This document shows, in pieces, positions 28,977-38,614 of a DNA stretch of 64,000 bases. Positions within the stretch are counted from its first letter, which is position 1. The number at the start of each line of letters is the position of its first letter. The notes under the pieces are model-generated. The model was not told the DNA's origin. It did no database searches and saw nothing but the letters and a program-made list of their open reading frames with translations. The DNA comes from Candidatus Saccharimonadales bacterium (GTDB taxonomy: Bacteria > Patescibacteriota > Saccharimonadia > Saccharimonadales > 2-12-FULL-41-12). The stretch is taken from assembly GCA_025451045.1 (NCBI GenBank), contig JANWLD010000001.1, forward strand, positions 5,812 through 69,811. Direction: 5' to 3'. The position numbers and the translations under genes are program-made.

Positions 28977-28990
28977 TGGACTTGTCTGCC

Positions 28991-29938
28991 TTACTGGTTT
29001 TCTATCATCTTGGTAAGTTCGGTAATTTGTTTTAAACTGCCGCCTTCGCTCATGATAACCAACGCGTAGCTTCGGCTGCCATGGGTAATGATACCGGCAT
29101 CATTGGCCACGCCATTCATCTCGCCTATTTTGTCGGCTACTCGGCAGTCTTTACAGCCTTTGCTTATACCCTCATTGTTTATCTGCTGGTAAAGCGTATC
29201 AAAAACAAAGCGGCGGGCATTGTCGCTAAGTATTTGGCCCTTTTGTAGCCGTATTAACAGTTCTCCCACGTCCGAAACGGTCGTGACCCGGCCGTCTGTG
29301 CCTGAAATGCTGGTATGGACAAAGCCGTTCTTGCGGTTTAATCCGTTGACTACGCCCCAGCCAATATAGTTGCTTAGGGTTTCAGCGCACGGACTATCTG
29401 ATTTTTGCAGCATCTCCTCCACGCACTGGCTTATATTGGTCCAGTCCGACGTCCAAGTATAAGCCCATTTATCATACGGAAGTTTGCTTTCCAGGGCTTC
29501 TAGCAAGAATAATTTGTATAAGCTGGCCGCTGGCAATACCATGTTCGGATTAATCTCCACAGAGTTGCCGTCTTTAAAATCATACAAAAACACCGACCAT
29601 TTCTGATCTTTAGGAAAATCATCCAACTTCTCTCTTATCAGTTCAGTCAGGGCTTCATTATTCTGTTCGCCGACAGCCGGTAGTTCATCCTGTTTGGGTT
29701 CGGGGGCGGCCAGTGCCGATTGGCTGATTGCCACGGGGTGTTTCTTTTGAAGCTCAAGGAGGTGGTTAAATGCCGGCACCACGAAGTACGCAAACATGAA
29801 AAAAACACCGCCGATGGTAAGCATGGTACTTAGATACAATGCTGCCCGTTTGGAGCGTCTATTCACATAGACGACACCATGGCGATGATGAAAATATTTA
29901 GTCCGTCCAAAATCCGAAAATTTTTGTATGTGTTTCAC
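28991..29938 (-). CDS. Class A beta-lactamase-like serine hydrolase
   Basis: SLYK (SxxK), SDS, KIG, NDAGII; TM anchor. Confidence 0.8.
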   Translation of the reverse strand: MKHIQKFSDFGRTKYFHHRHGVVYVNRRSKRAALYLSTMLTIGGVFFMFAYFVVPAFNHLLELQKKHPVAISQSALAAPEPKQDELPAVGEQNNEALTELIREKLDDFPKDQKWSVFLYDFKDGNSVEINPNMVLPAASLYKLFLLEALESKLPYDKWAYTWTSDWTNISQCVEEMLQKSDSPCAETLSNYIGWGVVNGLNRKNGFVHTSISGTDGRVTTVSDVGELLIRLQKGQILSDNARRFVFDTLYQQINNEGISKGCKDCRVADKIGEMNGVANDAGIITHGSRSYALVIMSEGGSLKQITELTKMIENQ

Positions 29939-30282
29939 TTGAGCGAATCGTTTTTATTTAAGAGAGCCCGCAGAAAAATCTTAACTCGATTGAGTTGAAT
30001 ATTTCCCTGCTAGGCTCCCAGTTTTTGTTGTTTTAGCGTTTTGTTTCGCTTTTCCAGCAACCAAAGTTGCCTGCGACTAAATTACCACAGTAAGAAATCG
30101 GCGCAAGGTCATTTTTTTGTGCACGAAATTCGGGCGCGTGAACAATTATTTTTTATCTTTGTTAACTACTCTTTACAGGTATAAATATGTCCTCTATTAA
30201 CCGCAGTTAAGACAGATACCGGCTTGTGGATAACTTTTCCCTCTTTAGACCGTGTGTAAATAATTTATTCGCGGATGGCTTA

Positions 30283-30942
30283 TCACCAGCTGAGAGTGAT
30301 GTTTTTCATTGTTTCAACGATAGTTTGGTGATCAGGCAGTTGGTTATCTTCATAATAATGATCGGTATCCATATAGGATTCTACTACGCTAAGACAGCAT
30401 ATCTCGTCCGTTAAAAGATGCATCTTGTCCACTGCGGCCACACTGGCTACCGGAGTAACTGCTAGAATTCTTTTGGTTTTTATCGGCTTTAAAAAATCAA
30501 TCGCTACATCGAGCGACAAGGCGTTTCTCAAACCATCAGAGACTAAAATAACCGTATGGTTTTTAAGCAAGCTTTTAGGAATATTTGCCTCTTCCTCGTC
30601 TATTCTGTTCAGTTTTTGAAAAGTCATCATTCGCTTTTCCTCAATAATAGAACGATAGTCAGCATTAAGAACTTCCAGCTCCCCGGTGGAATATTCTCTG
30701 TTATAGGTAAACGTCCCGGCAGCGCTCATAGTGGCTATGGGTTTTTGTTCCCCGGGAAGTTCTACCTCTTCCATCACTAACAAAAATAGCGATGTGTGCA
30801 GCCTTTGAGCAATCTCAGCCCCGACAACTACTCCGCCTTCACTCAAGCTGATAATAACGCAATTTTGTTTCCTATACGCGCCGAGTTTATCAGCAATTAG
30901 TTTTCCTGCCTCTTGGCGATTAGTGAAATACCTCATATTCAA
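30283..30942 (-). CDS. Phosphoribosyltransferase-like protein
   Basis: YFTNRQEAG, GGVVVG, VILVSDGL (degenerate PRPP loop), TPVAS. Confidence 0.75.
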   Translation of the reverse strand: MNMRYFTNRQEAGKLIADKLGAYRKQNCVIISLSEGGVVVGAEIAQRLHTSLFLLVMEEVELPGEQKPIATMSAAGTFTYNREYSTGELEVLNADYRSIIEEKRMMTFQKLNRIDEEEANIPKSLLKNHTVILVSDGLRNALSLDVAIDFLKPIKTKRILAVTPVASVAAVDKMHLLTDEICCLSVVESYMDTDHYYEDNQLPDHQTIVETMKNITLSW

Positions 30943-30985
30943 ACGCTAGTTTACCATGCTAACGCTTATAAGATTACAAAATTAA

Positions 30986-31708
30986 TCAAAGCGTCTTGAG
31001 CAAATAGAATCTTTCAACGTTGCCTTTTGGCCCGGCAACTTTTGAATCTGCCTTATTAACTACCTTATAGGTTTTGGCTGACCAATTTTCAAAGTCTTTT
31101 AATATTTTTCGGCGGATAGTCTCATTCTTAATTACTCCCTTGTGCTTGTATCCTTCCGCTTCCGCTTCAAATTGCGGCTTTACCATAGCGACTATCAAAG
31201 AGTCCGGGGTTAGCAGTTTTAAGAGATGATCTAATACCAATCTTATACTTATAAAAGATACGTCAATAAGGCAATAATCAACTTTTGTACTCAGCTTACT
31301 TATATTTCTGATGTCGGTTCTCTCATGCAGTTCAACAATCGGACTCAGCCTTAGGCGGGCGTCCATCTGCTGTTTGCCGACATCCACGGCAATAATTTTA
31401 GTGGCTCCGTGTTGAAGCGCGAAGTCTGTGAACCCACCAGTACTGCTGCCTACGTCAAGTACTGCCTTCCCGCGAAAATCAAGTTCGAAGCTGCTAGCAA
31501 CCGACTCAAGCTTCAAAGCGGCCCGTGAAACGTATTTAATTTCAGATGTTAGTTTAACAACATCATTTTTTGCAATATTTGAATTTGATTTCTTAATTAT
31601 CTTTCCGTTTATGGTTACATGTCCTAGTTTTATATAGTTCTCTGCCTGACTTCTAGTTGCAGCTAAACCCTTTGCTACAAGATAATTATCCAGCCTTATA
31701 CGATTCAT
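30986..31708 (-). CDS. tlyA: TlyA-family RNA methyltransferase
   Basis: S4 domain, YVSRAALKL, DVGSSTGGFTD, KPQFE, GNVE. Confidence 0.92.
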   Translation of the reverse strand: MNRIRLDNYLVAKGLAATRSQAENYIKLGHVTINGKIIKKSNSNIAKNDVVKLTSEIKYVSRAALKLESVASSFELDFRGKAVLDVGSSTGGFTDFALQHGATKIIAVDVGKQQMDARLRLSPIVELHERTDIRNISKLSTKVDYCLIDVSFISIRLVLDHLLKLLTPDSLIVAMVKPQFEAEAEGYKHKGVIKNETIRRKILKDFENWSAKTYKVVNKADSKVAGPKGNVERFYLLKTL

Positions 31709-31710
31709 GC

Positions 31711-32277
31711 TTAAGCTTTTTTTCGTTCGCGATAATTGCCCGTTGTGGTATCCACACTGACGATATCACCCGTTTTGATGAAAGCCGGAACTTTGATATT
31801 TACCCCGGTTTCAAGCCTTGCGCCCTTAGTCAGTGCTGAGCTGGTGTCACCTCGTACCGCGTCTTCGGCATATTCTACCGTTAAGTATACGTTTTTCGGT
31901 ACTTCAACGTTTATCACTTTTGCGTTAAAGCTTTGGGCGATAACCTCCTGCCCTTCCTTCAAGTACTGGCCCTGTTCGCCTATCACCGGCTTTGGCACTT
32001 CAAAAGTTTCATACGAGTCATTGTCCATGAAATACAAATTGTTACCGTCTGCATACAAAAACTGGGCATTTGAATTTTTAATTTCGGCGTCAGTGACAGA
32101 ATCATTACCCTTGAAGGTTTTGTCTAGTACCTTGCCGTCCGACAAGCTCTTAATTTTCACATTGACTATTGAGCCGCCTCGACCCATAACCTTCTGGCTG
32201 TATTCCACGACTTTATAAGGAACACCATCCAACTGGAAAATCGTACCTTTCTTTAAATCAGTTATAGATAAACTCAT
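31711..32277 (-). CDS. efp: Elongation factor P
   Basis: DLKKG, FMDNDSYE, RGDT, LETG, VPAFI. Confidence 0.93.
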   Translation of the reverse strand: MSLSITDLKKGTIFQLDGVPYKVVEYSQKVMGRGGSIVNVKIKSLSDGKVLDKTFKGNDSVTDAEIKNSNAQFLYADGNNLYFMDNDSYETFEVPKPVIGEQGQYLKEGQEVIAQSFNAKVINVEVPKNVYLTVEYAEDAVRGDTSSALTKGARLETGVNIKVPAFIKTGDIVSVDTTTGNYRERKKA

Positions 32278-32298
32278 TTTCGCTCCTTTTCAGTCGCT

Positions 32299-32368
32299 TA
32301 GTTTATAGGGGTTAGGTTTTAGGGGTTAGGTAGTTTGCTAGAACCTAGTCCCTAGCACCTTTAACCTA
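32299..32368. repeat. Empty 5+5 inverted heptamer cassette (rpsR-efp)
   Basis: tagttta taggggt taggttt taggggt taggtag | tttgcta gaaccta gtcccta gcacctt taaccta. Confidence 0.88.
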
Positions 32369-32370
32369 CT

Positions 32371-32574
32371 TTAACCATTTTGGACAAATGGAAGCAAAGC
32401 GATATGCCGAGCGCGTTTGATGGCAACAGCCAGTCTTCTTTGCTGGCTTTCTGATAGCCCTGTTTTTTTGCGAGGTTCTATCTGTCCGTATTGATTAACG
32501 TAGCGCTGCAAAGTCTTGAAATCTTTGTAGTCAAAAAATGCTACGTCTGTTCTGTGTTTAAAAATCTTCGCCAC
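32371..32574 (-). CDS. rpsR: 30S ribosomal protein S18
   Basis: [28 protein letters not shown]. Confidence 0.95.
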   Translation of the reverse strand: MAKIFKHRTDVAFFDYKDFKTLQRYVNQYGQIEPRKKTGLSESQQRRLAVAIKRARHIALLPFVQNG

Positions 32575-32598
32575 TTATGTTCTCCTTTCAGTTGAACT

Positions 32599-32668
32599 TA
32601 GTTATTAGTTGCTAGTTGTTAGTCGTTAGGTAGTTTGCTAGAACCTAGTCCCTAGCACCTTTAACCTG
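32599..32668. repeat. Empty 5+5 inverted heptamer cassette (ssb-rpsR)
   Basis: tagttat tagttgc tagttgt tagtcgt taggtag | tttgcta gaaccta gtcccta gcacctt taacctg; 43 nt identical to 32325-32367. Confidence 0.88.
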
Positions 32669-32669
32669 T

Positions 32670-33140
32670 TTAGAATGGGATGTCGTCGAGATTGATAGGC
32701 TCATCATCAACATCCTCAATCTTTACTTCTTTATCACTTTTTTTAGAAGCAGGCTTCTTTGGTGTCGGTTCACTGTCGTTTGACGGTTCATGTCCGCCAC
32801 CGCCTTCACCACGTCCGCCAAGAAAAGTAACGTCTTGGGCAATCACTTCAAGCTTGCTGCGTTTTTGGCCATCTTGTTCCCAACTGCGGCTTTGCAAGCG
32901 TCCGCTGACCAGCACCGGCCGGCCTTTGGTTATATATTGTGCGACCCTCTCTCCAAGTGCGGCCCATGCCACTACGTCTACAAAGTCAGTCGCTTCTTTC
33001 CATTCGCCATCTTGCCCTTTATAACTTCTGTTAAGGGCCAAACTAAAACTGCAAACACTCTGCCCGCTTGGGATTTGCCGCAGTTCAGGGTCGCGGGTTA
33101 GGTTGCCCATCAAAATTACTTGGTTAAAACTCCGTGCCAC
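32670..33140 (-). CDS. ssb: Single-stranded DNA-binding protein
   Basis: NQVILMGNLTRDPELR, C-terminal DDIPF. Confidence 0.96.
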   Translation of the reverse strand: MARSFNQVILMGNLTRDPELRQIPSGQSVCSFSLALNRSYKGQDGEWKEATDFVDVVAWAALGERVAQYITKGRPVLVSGRLQSRSWEQDGQKRSKLEVIAQDVTFLGGRGEGGGGHEPSNDSEPTPKKPASKKSDKEVKIEDVDDEPINLDDIPF

Positions 33141-33163
33141 TTTGTTCTCCTTTCAGTCGAACT

Positions 33164-33238
33164 TAGGTTATAGCTGCCAGGTTCTAGGTTAGAGTTGTCT
33201 TCTTTTACTATAACCTATCCACTCGAACCTGTAACCTC
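33164..33238. repeat. Empty 5+5 inverted heptamer cassette (rpsF-ssb)
   Basis: taggtta tagctgc caggttc taggtta gagttgt -cttct- tttacta taaccta tccactc gaacctg taacctc. Confidence 0.85.
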
Positions 33239-33243
33239 GATTA

Positions 33244-33627
33244 CTATTCTTGTTTTTCGTCTTCTTCAGCTTCTTCGGTCTCGCCGCGTTCAGCCGCTTT
33301 CTTGGCTTTTTCAGCTTTGGCTTCTTCGGCTTTGGCAATTGCTTTAAGGTCAGGACGAGTTATGAGGTAACGAATTACTTCATCGGTAATGTTCAGCGTT
33401 GATTCTACTTTAGCCACACCCTCTGCCGGCATCTCAACTGTATAAAATACATAGACGGCGTGATCCTGCTTATTGATTTTATAAGCAAGTTTTTTCTTGC
33501 CCCAATTATCGGCTTTTATAACCTTGCCTTTGCTTTCGGAGATGATTTTTTCAATCTTAGCCATTGGTTTGCTAAGATCTATCTCCAGTTGCGGATCGAA
33601 TAGAACTGCTACTTCGTATTGAATCAA
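33244..33627 (-). CDS. rpsF: 30S ribosomal protein S6
   Basis: YEV, WGKKKLAYKI, VIRYL; upstream of ssb-rpsR. Confidence 0.94.
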   Translation of the reverse strand: MIQYEVAVLFDPQLEIDLSKPMAKIEKIISESKGKVIKADNWGKKKLAYKINKQDHAVYVFYTVEMPAEGVAKVESTLNITDEVIRYLITRPDLKAIAKAEEAKAEKAKKAAERGETEEAEEDEKQE

Positions 33628-33690
33628 AGATTCCTCCTTCGGTTAACGCCTACACGCATACAAGCTGTAAGCTGAGTTAATTGTCAAAGA

Positions 33691-33719
33691 ATTGTAACAG
33701 AGTCACCCCTGTTAGTCAA
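33691..33719 (-). promoter_or_regulatory. rpsF operon promoter TTGACT-N17-TACAAT
   Basis: Consensus match with 17-nt spacer. Confidence 0.7.
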
Positions 33720-34148
33720 CTATGCCCTTCTGGCTTGTCTGGCTTGTCGATTATTTTTAAATCTTCTACTGTGCCGGCTTAATACAGCATCAGCCTGTCT
33801 TCTTTCTTTAGCAGTGATTCTACGCGGCATCCGAGGGAAACCAGACTCAGTTGTTTCGCTTTCAGTTGTTTCGCTTTCAGTTGTTTCGCTTAATGATACT
33901 GGGGTGTCCCTATTAGCCCTTACGATTCTTCTACTATTTAATCGACGCTTAGTTCTAGCTATTTCAGCCCCTCTCTTGCGAAGAAAATTTATAAGTTTTC
34001 CTTCATCCCATTCCAGTTCTACAGTCTTTGATTCAGAGACTTCGCCGGTCTCAGCATTAACCGTTATCCCCCCTGTAATTTCACTTAAATTAAGGATTTC
34101 ATGGGTTTCGCCAGATGGCGCCCCACCGTTATTATTTCCTAAACTCAT
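33720..34148 (-). CDS. Hypothetical Arg-rich protein with 15-nt tandem repeat (SETTE x3)
   Basis: ORF with RBS-like GAGG; cagttgtttcgcttt repeated at about 33848-33892. Confidence 0.55.
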   Translation of the reverse strand: MSLGNNNGGAPSGETHEILNLSEITGGITVNAETGEVSESKTVELEWDEGKLINFLRKRGAEIARTKRRLNSRRIVRANRDTPVSLSETTESETTESETTESGFPRMPRRITAKERRQADAVLSRHSRRFKNNRQARQARRA

Positions 34149-34218
34149 CTTTTTTGCCTCTTTTTATAAAATTAAATGTCCGTTAAAACAAATACCATAA
34201 AGCAAATCATAAGTCCAG

Positions 34219-36420
34219 TTACTTCAGTGGGTCTTCGGGCTCGTCTGGCATATCGTCATAAACATCGCCGTCGGAGCTAGTGCCGCCGAATACTTCGTCC
34301 ATACTGCTAACCAATACCTCGCGGGGCCGTGAACCATCGGCATGGCCTACTATTCCCTGCTCTTCCATAGCTTCAATCAAACGCGCGGCTCTAGCATAAC
34401 CAACTCGCAGGCGGCGCTGCAGTAGACTGGTACTGGCTTTTCGGCCTTCAATCACTACCTGTACAGCGTCGTGCCAGAGATCATCATCGGCATCCTGTCC
34501 GCCAAAGTCGGAAACCACCCCGCCTTTGCCAATTTGGACTGGCTGGCTAACAACTTCTTCGTCATATTGCGGCGGCCTTTGTTGGCGCAGAAAATCATTA
34601 ACTTTTATCGTTTCCCCGTCAGATATATGTGCGGCTTGTACGCGTTTAGGTTTTGGCATATTCGCTGTCATCAGTAACATATCGCCTTGTCCGAGCAATT
34701 TTTCAGCGCCGGCGCCATCAATAATCGTCTTGGAATCAACCTGGCTGGTAGTCGTAAAGGCAATTCTGGCCGGTACATTTGCTTTAATCAATCCGGTTAT
34801 CACGTCTACGCTCGGCCGCTGGGTGGCCAAAATCAGATGGATTCCGGCGGCGCGGGCTTTTTGGGCAATACGGGCTATCAATGACTCTACGTCGCGGGCG
34901 GCCATCATCATCAAATCCGACAATTCATCGATAACAATTACCACGTAAGGCATGCCCTCTTCTTTTTTAAGGTTATTGTACTCAACTATATTGCGTTTGC
35001 CAGCTTCAGCCATTGTCCGAAGCCGCCGTTCCATTTCAGCTACTGCCCATTTGAGCGCGCTGATACATTTTTCCGGCTCGTGGATTACCGGGCTTAACAG
35101 ATGAGGAATGTCATTATAAGGAGTAAGTTCGACTTGTTTCGGGTCCACCATTATTAGCTTAAGGTCCGACGGGCTGTACCGATACAGCATACTGGTCAAA
35201 ATCGTGTTTATCATGACTGATTTTCCGGAACCGGTTTGTCCGGCTATAAGAACATGGGGCATTTTGGCCAAATCTGCGATAATCGGGTGGCCGGCAATAT
35301 CTTTGCCGATTACGAAGTTCAAATTTCCTTTTTCCTTCTGCCATTTGTCAGACGTGAGGACGCCGCTCAGACGTACCGTGGATGCTTTGACGTTTGGTAC
35401 TTCGATACCAACCAGACGCTTGCCCGGAATCGGCGCTTCTATCCTGATTGATGTCGCGGCCAAATCCAGCGCCAAGTTGTTATCCAGTGCCGTGATTTTT
35501 TGTAGTTTGGTGCCGGGCGGCGGCTTCAGAGTAAATTGGGTAACCCGCGGACCGATGTTAGCCCCTTCCATCTCAACGTTTATATTGAAGTTATTCAGCG
35601 TCTCACGGATAATTTCGGCATTGGTTTGCACGTCACCGGCGTCGGCCTTGTCCTGTTTTTGGTTAAGCAAATCAATCGGCGGGAATTTCCAATCAATGTC
35701 ACTTGAAGTCGTTAAAGCCTCGTGGTTTTCACTGTCCGACAGCTTCTTGGCGGTGTTCTTCAAGCTGGACAAACGCGGCTTTTCCTCGGCATCGGAAGAG
35801 TGCTCGGTGGGTACGCCTTCGTTCAGTTTCAAACCGCCCTGCTTGGCCTTGAGCTCAGACAAATCGGTATCTTGTTCTTTCTTTTGGGTAAAGGGTTTGA
35901 ACAGAAGCAATAATTTTTTGAGCGAGATATCAAATGCCAAGAAGAAGAAAAGTATAGAAACTACCAGCATGGCAATACCGGCCGGGATTTTGTCCAGCGC
36001 CAACAGCATCGCGTTGCCAATGACTTCTCCGACATAGCCGCCATTGCCGCCAGTAACATCTCCTGTAACAGAGTCCTTGGTTGCAAATAACGTATGGCAG
36101 GCTATTGATAAAGTCACGATGAAACCAATCATGCTGGCAAATTTTATCAGCGGAATTCGCCGGTCTTCGCTTTTGAATTTATGTACACCGAAAAATATCA
36201 AAGCCAAAGGCGTAAGATAAGCTACCCAGCCAAGGGCGTTATACACTTGTTCGAACATCCCGACCGGTAAACTGCCCCCTGTACCAAAGCCCCCTAGAAG
36301 CAAAAAGAAGGCAAAAACAAACATCAAGATGGCAAAAGATAATTGCCAAAAGCCGTTATCAGCCGGCTTGGAGTCGGTTTTCTTAACCGGTTTTTTTGCG
36401 CGTTTTTTCTTTTTGGCCAT
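34219..36420 (-). CDS. ftsK: DNA translocase FtsK/SpoIIIE
   Basis: 4 TM, PHVLIAGQTGSGKS, ATQRPSVDVITG, gamma domain LQRRLRVGYARAAR. Confidence 0.96.
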   Translation of the reverse strand: MAKKKKRAKKPVKKTDSKPADNGFWQLSFAILMFVFAFFLLLGGFGTGGSLPVGMFEQVYNALGWVAYLTPLALIFFGVHKFKSEDRRIPLIKFASMIGFIVTLSIACHTLFATKDSVTGDVTGGNGGYVGEVIGNAMLLALDKIPAGIAMLVVSILFFFLAFDISLKKLLLLFKPFTQKKEQDTDLSELKAKQGGLKLNEGVPTEHSSDAEEKPRLSSLKNTAKKLSDSENHEALTTSSDIDWKFPPIDLLNQKQDKADAGDVQTNAEIIRETLNNFNINVEMEGANIGPRVTQFTLKPPPGTKLQKITALDNNLALDLAATSIRIEAPIPGKRLVGIEVPNVKASTVRLSGVLTSDKWQKEKGNLNFVIGKDIAGHPIIADLAKMPHVLIAGQTGSGKSVMINTILTSMLYRYSPSDLKLIMVDPKQVELTPYNDIPHLLSPVIHEPEKCISALKWAVAEMERRLRTMAEAGKRNIVEYNNLKKEEGMPYVVIVIDELSDLMMMAARDVESLIARIAQKARAAGIHLILATQRPSVDVITGLIKANVPARIAFTTTSQVDSKTIIDGAGAEKLLGQGDMLLMTANMPKPKRVQAAHISDGETIKVNDFLRQQRPPQYDEEVVSQPVQIGKGGVVSDFGGQDADDDLWHDAVQVVIEGRKASTSLLQRRLRVGYARAARLIEAMEEQGIVGHADGSRPREVLVSSMDEVFGGTSSDGDVYDDMPDEPEDPLK

Positions 36421-36548
36421 ATATTCCTAGAGGTTTATATCAGAGATAATTGTATCATTTATAAGCATAATCAAGCTATTGGCATATTATAGCAAAAATT
36501 ACTACAAAAGTCAAGGCTACGCTTAAGCTTTTCCGGGAGAATCTTAAA

Positions 36549-38600
36549 TCAGTCGATTCGGGCGTCTTGGTTGAGTAGCTTGGAGCGCATCTCAGCGAAG
36601 CGTTTCTGCAAAGCTTCGGCTTCTTGTTGAGGATTTTTTTGGTCCGGTTGTTTAGACTGTTGGCCGTTTTTTGGCGCCGGTCGACGTTGGCCACCAATAA
36701 CATTTACCACTGGTATGACTATCGGGCTTCGCCCTGTTTGGTCATATAGAAAATGGGTCACGTGCTCTTTAAGTTCTATCTTAAACCTATCTAAATCTAC
36801 TCTTTTAAAACGCTGGGCAACTGCCCTTTTCAGCTCTATTCTAAAGGCGTTCATCAGCTCTTCTTCATTCTTCATATAGATGAAGCCGCGGCTGATGATG
36901 TCCGGGCTGGTCATTAACTGGCCAGTTTTCTTATCAACCGTCAGGATGACTGCAACTAAGCCCTCACTGCTGAGCATCAGACGGTCTTTGACGACCACGC
37001 TGCTGACTATCGCGCCGGTTTGGTCGACCAGTACGGTACCATGCGGCACTTTCTCGGCCAGTTCCATTGTGTCCTTGCTGAAAGCAATTACATCCCCATT
37101 GTCGACGTTCAAACAGTTTTTACGAGGTATGCCATGCTCTATAGCCAGTTCTATGTGATATTTCTTAGCGGTATAATCACCATAAATCGGCACGAAGAAC
37201 TTCGGGTTTATCATATCTATCATATCGCCATATTCTTCACGGCTAGCGTGACCGGATACATGAAGCGGGCCGCAACCATCAACATCGCGGCTTTCATGAC
37301 GGAAGATATGGACGTTTTTCTTATACATATCATCTACCATTGTCCTTACCGAAGCATCATTACCGGAATACGGTATCGGGGTACTGGACAGAACTACGGT
37401 ATCTTGTTCCTTCAGTTTAATATGTTTATGATCGCCGGTAGCCATTCGTTGCAAGGCCGAATTCGGTTCGCCCTGCGAACCTGTACAGACAACCACTACT
37501 TCACCATCTTTTAGGTTAGGTACGCTGGCAATCGGCACGAATGTGCCTTTCGGCACTTTGACAAAACCGTTTCTAATAGCCATTTCAAGCGTACTTATCA
37601 TGCTACGCCCGTCCATTGTTACTTTTTTATTATGGTGTACGGCTGCATTTATCAGCATCTGAACCCGGTTCATATTGGTTGAGAACAAGCTGATGAAAAT
37701 TCGGCCTGGCGCCTGCTCCATGATATCTTTGAAGCTTTGCTCAATTGTACTTTCCGATGGTGTTCGACCCGGACGGTCAGAAGTAGTGCTTTCACTCAGT
37801 AGTGCTAAAACACCTTCATTACCGAGCTGTTTAAGACGTTCAACGTCTGTTTTCTCATGGTCCAGCGGATTTGGGTCTAACCGGAAATCACCGGTGTTAA
37901 TAAGCCTGCCGACCGGTGTATCTAGCACGATGCAGGTACTACCCGGTATGGAATGGGTTATCCGGACCAATTCAACAAAGAATTCACCGATTTTCAGCCG
38001 TTCGTTATTATTCTCATTCATCACTACGGTCTTTAGTTCAAAACCTTCCGGCATTGGAAGACCGAAATTCTCAAAGATTTCCTCAACCCGACCAATGGTG
38101 AACCGGCTACCATAGACCGGTGCCGGGTATTTTGGCAAAATATGCGGCAGGCCGCCGATGTGATCCAGGTGGCCGTGGGTGATGATATAAGCCTTAAGTT
38201 TGTGTTTAATAGTTTCTAGATAGGCCGTATCGGCTATGCCATAGTTAATGCCCGGCAAATCCACGCCTAGGTCACTTCCACAGTCCATAATTACAGCGTC
38301 ATTCTTGTATTCGACTAGCAGCGTGTTCTTTGAGCCGCCGCCATTCATACCGCCAAGTCCGACAAATTTCAGTTTGGGACTATCGTCGATAAAATTAGCA
38401 CGCGGCCGCGGACTGGCCTTATTATTCCCTGCTTTGTTTTCAGCCGTCAGATACTGGCTGGCTATTCGGTGGGCATCCTCATTCGCCCTTTTTTGGGCGC
38501 GTATAGCCGCCCCTCGGCTGGACGGCCTACGGCCGTTACCATTAGCTTGTGGTTTGTTCCCCGGGTTCTTTGGCCGGGGCGTTTTTGAATTTTTTTCCAT
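36549..38600 (-). CDS. rnj: Ribonuclease J
   Basis: THGHLDHIGG, HSIP, TGSQGEP, HVSGH, SRGF. Confidence 0.95.
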   Translation of the reverse strand: MEKNSKTPRPKNPGNKPQANGNGRRPSSRGAAIRAQKRANEDAHRIASQYLTAENKAGNNKASPRPRANFIDDSPKLKFVGLGGMNGGGSKNTLLVEYKNDAVIMDCGSDLGVDLPGINYGIADTAYLETIKHKLKAYIITHGHLDHIGGLPHILPKYPAPVYGSRFTIGRVEEIFENFGLPMPEGFELKTVVMNENNNERLKIGEFFVELVRITHSIPGSTCIVLDTPVGRLINTGDFRLDPNPLDHEKTDVERLKQLGNEGVLALLSESTTSDRPGRTPSESTIEQSFKDIMEQAPGRIFISLFSTNMNRVQMLINAAVHHNKKVTMDGRSMISTLEMAIRNGFVKVPKGTFVPIASVPNLKDGEVVVVCTGSQGEPNSALQRMATGDHKHIKLKEQDTVVLSSTPIPYSGNDASVRTMVDDMYKKNVHIFRHESRDVDGCGPLHVSGHASREEYGDMIDMINPKFFVPIYGDYTAKKYHIELAIEHGIPRKNCLNVDNGDVIAFSKDTMELAEKVPHGTVLVDQTGAIVSSVVVKDRLMLSSEGLVAVILTVDKKTGQLMTSPDIISRGFIYMKNEEELMNAFRIELKRAVAQRFKRVDLDRFKIELKEHVTHFLYDQTGRSPIVIPVVNVIGGQRRPAPKNGQQSKQPDQKNPQQEAEALQKRFAEMRSKLLNQDARID

Positions 38601-38614
38601 TTATTTAATATTCC

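Noticed and set aside
28991..29938. True beta-lactamase resistance gene
   Set aside because: SDN is SDS and KTG is KIG, with no clear E166 equivalent; more likely a PBP-like hydrolase.
32299..33238. CRISPR array from the 43-nt repeat
   Set aside because: Copies are separated by whole genes (rpsR, ssb) and no cas genes are present.
33848..33892. 15-nt tandem repeat as part of the heptamer system
   Set aside because: Period 15, in frame (SETTE x3); an ordinary coding repeat.
35204..36037. Long antisense ORFs (this 277-aa one, also 40914-41504, 59990-60526, 31736-32218)
   Set aside because: They are shadows opposite well-supported genes and carry no motifs.
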